Origin: Candidatus Levyibacteriota bacterium
GTDB taxonomy: Bacteria; Patescibacteriota; Microgenomatia; Levybacterales; UBA12049
Reading direction: 5' to 3'
Length of the DNA stretch: 64,000 bases
NCBI GenBank assembly: GCA_038205015.1
Contig: JBBRCK010000003.1
Location: 2,527-66,526 of the forward strand
In this document: positions 59,027 to 64,000 of the stretch, piece after piece
Position numbering within the stretch: position 1 is the first letter of the stretch
How the letters are laid out: every line of letters begins with the position of its first letter
The notes under the pieces: generated by a model
The model's input: only the letters and a program-made list of their open reading frames with translations
Database searches by the model: none
What the model was told of the DNA's origin: nothing
Program-made: the position numbers and the translations under genes

Positions 59027-60238
59027 GTGCAAGCAAAACTACTAAAATTAAAACTGGAACGCATCAAAACCATAATTATTTTTCATAAAGTTTCATTGAT
59101 TATACTTACGGGACTAACAATTGTTTTTGTTTCCGCAGTTATATTTTTAAGTTTTAGTTTGGCAGGGAAAAATCAGACAAATCTTGCTTTAGAAAAGAAG
59201 TTAAAAGATGTTTCTATTAAGCTCAAGTTTTTAGAAAATCAAGATCAATACAAGATTAATTTGGGTTTAAAAGAAAATATAAAAAACATACAAACATTAT
59301 ATAAGGATTCTTTAGGCTTGTATCAACGAATTCTTGATTTAAAAACCCAAAAACAAGATACAAAAGATTTAGATAAGGAGTTTGCCAAAGGATTAAGTTA
59401 TCTATCTGATTTAAATTACTCTTCGGGTTCTGCGAGTTTTAAAATTTTAGCATTTGATATAAACAAGAAGGAAGCTGATTTAGCGGCCGCTCAAGTTCAA
59501 GCTTCAGCTCCACAAAATCAAAATATACTCCAGAGTAATACGCCTCCATCAAGTGGTTTCTCAGTACAAAGTGTTTCAACTGATAATGTAAATTTTACGG
59601 TTTATATTATTGCAGCAGATTTAAATTCGACAAAAGTGGTTGTTGATACAGCATCGGGTAGTGATTGTGGCAATAATTGTCCAACCCTTCCTTTATCTGA
59701 TTATGTTTCAAGAAGTGGAGCTTATGCTGGAATAAATGGTTCGTATTTTTGTCCAGCAGAATATCCCAGTTGTGTCGGAAAAACAAATTCTTTTGACTTA
59801 CTCGCTATGAATAAAAATAAAGTCTACTTTAATTCTTCAAATAATGTTTATTCAACAAATCCAGCAGTTATTTTTTCAGGAAATTCTGCAAGATTTGTCG
59901 GTCAAGCCTTGGAATGGGGAAGAGATACAGGAGTTGATGCGGTACTTTCTAATTATCCGCTTTTAGTAAGTGGTGGAAATGTTGTTTATGGTGGGGGCGG
60001 AGATGCAAAATTTGCTCCAAAAGGAGCAAGGGGATTTGTTGCCAATAAGGGGAACACTGTTTATATAGGTTTTGTTTTAAATGCAACTATGCAAGAAAGC
60101 GCAAAAGTTTTAAAAGTATTAGGTATGGATAATGCGATGAACTTAGATGAAGGTGGTTCAACGGCTTTATGGTCAGGGGGTTATAAATTAGGGCCAGGAA
60201 GAAATATTCCCAACGCACTCCTTTTTATTAGAAAATAA
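59027..60238 (+). CDS. Membrane-anchored phosphodiester glycosidase (NAGPA-like) protein
   Basis: TM, coiled coil, AGINGSYF, AMNLDEGGST. Confidence 0.85.
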   Translation: MQAKLLKLKLERIKTIIIFHKVSLIILTGLTIVFVSAVIFLSFSLAGKNQTNLALEKKLKDVSIKLKFLENQDQYKINLGLKENIKNIQTLYKDSLGLYQRILDLKTQKQDTKDLDKEFAKGLSYLSDLNYSSGSASFKILAFDINKKEADLAAAQVQASAPQNQNILQSNTPPSSGFSVQSVSTDNVNFTVYIIAADLNSTKVVVDTASGSDCGNNCPTLPLSDYVSRSGAYAGINGSYFCPAEYPSCVGKTNSFDLLAMNKNKVYFNSSNNVYSTNPAVIFSGNSARFVGQALEWGRDTGVDAVLSNYPLLVSGGNVVYGGGGDAKFAPKGARGFVANKGNTVYIGFVLNATMQESAKVLKVLGMDNAMNLDEGGSTALWSGGYKLGPGRNIPNALLFIRK

Positions 60239-60239
60239 T

Positions 60240-60908
60240 TTAAGCTTTTGTTAGTTCAACAAGGTCATTTGATGTTAGATCTAAGCTTGGTGAAAAATAG
60301 TAACTGATTCCCAAAGGTTTTATTTTTTTTGCCATTTCGAGCCTAGCTTCAGCTATTAGCCCTGTATTTTCCCTGGCTGTTTTAACCGCACCGTTTAATA
60401 TAGCTATTGGCTTATCTCCTTGTTCTGAATCTGTAAAATGTGAAGAATAAGGACTTCTTGTAAGCATATGTACTCCACCAGAGTCTAAGACGATTAAAGC
60501 TTTAAGCGCTGAGCCAAGAAATTTATTTATATCTAGGTCAGAAAATATAGTTGTTGCTATTTTTAGGTTTTCTGCCATAGGATGCGTATGAATATTAACT
60601 ATGTCATTCATAAAAGGACTAAAAGTTCTCAGTCCATAAGGTAGAGCTGGCGAGCTAATATCTTGCTCAGTCCCAATAAAAATTTTGCTTTTAATAAGTT
60701 TACCCCTATCTAAGCCGATTATTAATCCTCTTTCTTTTCCATCTTGTTGAGTTGCATCCACCATTTCTTTCCATCTTTCTTGTGCGATAATTTCTGGTGA
60801 AAATCTTAGGGTTTGAGCCATTGCCCATTGCTCTAATCCTGGAAGTGTTTCATTATTAATAATTTCTGCATGTATGGTTGGTGGAAATTCGGATGAATCA
60901 ATACTCAT
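60240..60908 (-). CDS. Hypothetical protein with JAB/MPN-like metal motif
   Basis: KERG...HTHP...FSDLD. Confidence 0.6.
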   Translation of the reverse strand: MSIDSSEFPPTIHAEIINNETLPGLEQWAMAQTLRFSPEIIAQERWKEMVDATQQDGKERGLIIGLDRGKLIKSKIFIGTEQDISSPALPYGLRTFSPFMNDIVNIHTHPMAENLKIATTIFSDLDINKFLGSALKALIVLDSGGVHMLTRSPYSSHFTDSEQGDKPIAILNGAVKTARENTGLIAEARLEMAKKIKPLGISYYFSPSLDLTSNDLVELTKA

Positions 60909-60975
60909 GTAATCATACGAGTATACCAAAATTAATTCATTGACAACTTAATATCTTATTGAGATTATATTATTA

Positions 60976-61449
60976 ATGAATAAGTTAATTAAATTATTAT
61001 TTGCAGTTATAGTTTGTGAGGGGATTGGGATTTTAGGTTCATTGTTTACAATCTCTCAAATATTAACTTGGTATCAAGGCTTAAATAAGCCATTTTTTTC
61101 TCCTCCGAATTGGGTTTTTGGGCCGGTTTGGACGATGCTTTATGGTTTAATGGGAATTTCTATTTTCCTTATTTTTGAAGCTAAAATCAAAAAAAGAGAA
61201 AGAAATAACCTTTTACTTTTATTCTCCTTACAACTTCTTCTTAATTTTTTATGGTCGGTAATTTTCTTCGGTATGCATTTATCAGCAGTTGCTTTTATAG
61301 AAATTATTTTTCTTTGGACCACAATTCTAATACTTATTATTAAGTTTTATAAATATTCAAAATTATCTTCATATTTATTAATTCCATATCTTTTTTGGGT
61401 AAGTTTTGCTTCACTTCTTAACATTTCGGTTGCTTTATTAAATAAGTAA
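60976..61449 (+). CDS. tspO: TspO/MBR family protein
   Basis: WY..L.KP..SPPNWVF.PVW, N.LWS..FF, PY..WV.FA. Confidence 0.93.
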   Translation: MNKLIKLLFAVIVCEGIGILGSLFTISQILTWYQGLNKPFFSPPNWVFGPVWTMLYGLMGISIFLIFEAKIKKRERNNLLLLFSLQLLLNFLWSVIFFGMHLSAVAFIEIIFLWTTILILIIKFYKYSKLSSYLLIPYLFWVSFASLLNISVALLNK

Positions 61450-61503
61450 TTTAGCCTCGATTTGACATTTATTTTTATTAGGTTTAGAATATTTTCTTGG
61501 ATT

Positions 61504-61686
61504 ATGACAATAGAACAGCTAAGAGAATTTACATTGGCAGAACTTAATGGCCCCAAAAACGTAGTTGGGTATCCGGATTTATCTTGGTATCCCACTCAGG
61601 TACCTATTCATATAGAGGGGCAACCTATTGTACTACGACCCCACGGAGAGGCTAAGCTTCGAAAGCTTCAAGCAAAAGGTAAGTAA
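61504..61686 (+). CDS. Small hypothetical protein (60 aa)
   Basis: TTGACA-17-TAGAAT promoter upstream. Confidence 0.5.
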   Translation: MTIEQLREFTLAELNGPKNVVGYPDLSWYPTQVPIHIEGQPIVLRPHGEAKLRKLQAKGK

Positions 61687-61720
61687 GCAGTATTTATCAA
61701 TAAAATGATATAATTTTTTG

Positions 61721-62764
61721 ATGCAAAAAGAAAAACATTACATCCCCGCGGTTGATGCATTAAGAATAATTTCAATTTTAGCCGTAATTTTTATCCATAC
61801 TACTACCAGGACGCTGGAAGCTTCTTTTTTTGACCTTCGAAACCTTCCTATAACATTTTTTATTAACCAAGTATTAAGATTTGCAGTGCCTTTGTTTTTT
61901 ATTATTTCCGGTTTCGTTTTGGAATTAAATTTTCATCTACACGAAAGTTACCTTGCTTATTTTAAAAAGAGAATTAACCGAATTTTTTTACCATATCTTT
62001 TTTGGAGTGCAATTTATTATTTTTTTGTATATAAAGTACATACCGAAAACTTTTTCTACGCCGTTATCAAAGGGGATGCTTCTTATCAGCTATATTTCAT
62101 TCCTGCTCTTTTAATTTTCTATTTTCTTTTTCCCTTTATTCATAATTTTTATAAGTTTTTTAACAGTAAATGGTTACTAATTGTTTTAGGTATATTACAG
62201 TTAAGTTTTCTATATTTTGATTATTATGTTCGTCAGCTAACGCTTTTTTATCCAATAACAATTGCTTTACTGAATTTTTTTGTTTTTTATCTAGGAATTG
62301 CAATTGCAAACAATCATGAGAGATTTATTTCTTTCGCAAAAAAATGGAAGTTAATCTTATTCATTAGCTTATTGGCATTTGCTGTATACATTAATTTTGA
62401 AGGTTTAACTTATTATTTAAAAACTCATAATTATCTTGCATTTTATTCTTCATGGAGGCCAAGTATTTTCATTTACACTTTATTGATAGGGAGCTTTCTG
62501 TATTATTTATTTGACAGAAATTTTAAATATACTATTATTATCAAAACTTTGTCGCGACTTTCTTTTTTTGTATTTTTTATTCACGTAATTATTCTTGAAG
62601 TAGTTTGGTACGCAATTGGTAAGAATTTATTTGCTTTGACTAACGGAAAAATTTCTCATCAACTTTGGTACGACCCATTGTACTTTCTTGCAGTTACAAT
62701 CGTTTCTTTTTCGATAGCCTTTATCGTGCATAAAATTCCATATCTCTCTAAAATAAGCGGGTGA
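61721..62764 (+). CDS. Acyltransferase 3 family membrane protein
   Basis: D.LR...I.AV..IH, FAVPLFF.ISG, KKR..RI..PY, FFIH. Confidence 0.9.
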   Translation: MQKEKHYIPAVDALRIISILAVIFIHTTTRTLEASFFDLRNLPITFFINQVLRFAVPLFFIISGFVLELNFHLHESYLAYFKKRINRIFLPYLFWSAIYYFFVYKVHTENFFYAVIKGDASYQLYFIPALLIFYFLFPFIHNFYKFFNSKWLLIVLGILQLSFLYFDYYVRQLTLFYPITIALLNFFVFYLGIAIANNHERFISFAKKWKLILFISLLAFAVYINFEGLTYYLKTHNYLAFYSSWRPSIFIYTLLIGSFLYYLFDRNFKYTIIIKTLSRLSFFVFFIHVIILEVVWYAIGKNLFALTNGKISHQLWYDPLYFLAVTIVSFSIAFIVHKIPYLSKISG

Positions 62765-62809
62765 GTTAATCAGTTTGACATCAATTTGAATTAACAATAC
62801 AATTTCTTT

Positions 62810-63214
62810 ATGGGTAAATTAAATATAATTACAAAAGGAATTATTGGATTATTAACACTTGAATTTATTTTGGGTATGGTAATGAATTTATACGCAGTTT
62901 CTCCAGATGATCCAGGATATTTAACAGAATCGCCATTAATTAAGTATTCTTCTATAACTCATATGGTAAGCGGAATTGCCTTGCCGCTACTTGCCTTAAT
63001 ACTTTTAGTACTTGCTTTTAAAAGTAAAAAACAAAATCTTAAGGTGTGGGCGATTTATGGTTTTATTAGCATGTTGATGGCAACAGCTGGGGGAATTGGA
63101 GCAGTAATGTTAAAAGATAGCGCATCTGAACTTTCGTCTTTTGTAATGTCGTTAGGATTTATTGCTTCTTTTCTAACTTATGGTAAATTTTACTTTCTTC
63201 TTAAAAATAAATAA
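62810..63214 (+). CDS. Membrane protein (4 TM)
   Basis: Hydrophobic ORF with TTGACA/TACAAT promoter. Confidence 0.75.
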   Translation: MGKLNIITKGIIGLLTLEFILGMVMNLYAVSPDDPGYLTESPLIKYSSITHMVSGIALPLLALILLVLAFKSKKQNLKVWAIYGFISMLMATAGGIGAVMLKDSASELSSFVMSLGFIASFLTYGKFYFLLKNK

Positions 63215-63256
63215 GTGCTAGGCATAATTTAGCCATAAATGATATAATCTCCACTT

Positions 63257-63643
63257 ATGATAGAAACTGAAACTAGTTTTGGTATTAAGCCGGAGGGGCC
63301 AAGTGAAAGCGTTTTTGTTAATCCACCCGAAGGAGCAGTCATGCCGGTAATTTCTTTATTAAGGCTTGCAGAAAGAGAAGGGGTATATGCAACTCTGTCT
63401 GATAAAGCTCGGGAAAGACTGGAAATGTATTTTTTAACCGGTCTGCCAATTACGAAGATTGCAGGTATTCAGCATGTTTCGAAACAAGCAGTAAATCAGA
63501 CCATAAGAAAAGCTCCCGAGATGTTGTATAAAAAAATGACCAAAGATGTTGTAATGCGAAAAACAACTATTAGTTATAGGGAGATATTAGGAATTTATTC
63601 AGATTACAGAATTTATCTTGCTGCAAAAAAGGGTGGAGAATAA
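63257..63643 (+). CDS. Protein with sigma70-region-4-like HTH
   Basis: LSDKARERLEMYF..G...TKIA....VSKQAVNQ. Confidence 0.7.
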   Translation: MIETETSFGIKPEGPSESVFVNPPEGAVMPVISLLRLAEREGVYATLSDKARERLEMYFLTGLPITKIAGIQHVSKQAVNQTIRKAPEMLYKKMTKDVVMRKTTISYREILGIYSDYRIYLAAKKGGE

Positions 63644-63659
63644 AATATTTCTATTCCCC

Positions 63660-63688
63660 TTGACACATTTCTAGCCTTATGTTAATAT
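63660..63688 (+). promoter_or_regulatory. sigma70 promoter
   Basis: TTGACA-17-TAATAT, TG extension. Confidence 0.75.
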
Positions 63689-63699
63689 CCAAAGTGTGA

Positions 63700-63831
63700 A
63701 TGAATCTAGTTCAGGCGTGAGTCTGATGCTAAGAGGAAATTACTTTATGATGACACTTAGAAAAATAACTTTTTCAGCCGTATAAATTGCGGTTTTAGTG
63801 CCTCATACGGGTTTCCTCTAAATTAATTCAT
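63700..63831 (+). ncRNA. Unassigned structured RNA
   Basis: Nested complementary helices read by eye (see findings). Confidence 0.55.
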
Positions 63832-63862
63832 AGTATTTTTGATATTGGATTCGTGAGCGAAC

Positions 63863-63935
63863 GGGCCGTTAGTTCACCCGGTAGAACACTTCATTTGCAA
63901 TGAAGAGGTAGGCGGTTCGAGTCCGCCACGGTCCA
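63863..63935 (+). tRNA. tRNA-Ala(TGC)
   Basis: GGGCCGT/ACGGTCC with G3:U70, CTTCA-TTTGCAA-TGAAG. Confidence 0.95.
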
Positions 63936-64000
63936 CAAAACTTTACTTGTTGTTTAGCACGTAGCGCTTGTCACATGCGTGACCGCTACTTGCAAAATAA

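Noticed and set aside
947-61595. Many short antisense or overlapping ORFs in the track, including 5609..5797 and 8961..9212
   Set aside because: They are shadows of well-supported genes, tRNAs or tmRNA with no motifs of their own.
24149-63690. TTTAGCC motif upstream of several extended -10 boxes
   Set aside because: Spacing to the -10 varies and there are few instances; cannot be told from chance without statistics.
1-64000. CRISPR array, prophage, IS transposase, rRNA genes or genetic code 25
   Set aside because: No repeat-spacer arrays or hallmark genes were seen; TGA terminates several clear genes (e.g. 21444, 54474).

Overview
AT-rich bacterial chromosome segment using genetic code 11 (TGA is a stop). 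Gene content and the mostly leaderless gene starts point to Patescibacteria/CPR, probably Microgenomates (inference). Housekeeping genes: smpB/tmRNA, two PBP1A, rpiB/rpe, pgk/gap, nrdR-nrdJ, murD, tgt, trpS, ftsH, mutM, pyrH, recF, ATP-dependent ligase, EndoQ-like nuclease, pth, trxA/B. Six tRNAs: Ser-GCT, Ser-ACT, Ile-TAT, Met-CAT, fMet-CAT (split by a group I intron) and Ala-TGC. Main signals: (1) two paralogous HTH + single-LAGLIDADG-like ORFs, each directly upstream of a rare-anticodon tRNA (Ser-ACU, Ile-UAU); (2) a 189-nt group I intron in an atypical initiator tRNA; (3) an NrdR-box operon nrdR-nrdJ-[cobalamin riboswitch]-DUF4430-BtuM-like-PduO; (4) an unassigned ~130-nt structured RNA before tRNA-Ala; (5) short repeats inserted in frame in pgk and the ligase; (6) a frameshifted histidine-phosphatase pseudogene; (7) orphan effector-like proteins. 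All family calls come from reading motifs by eye; no searches were run.
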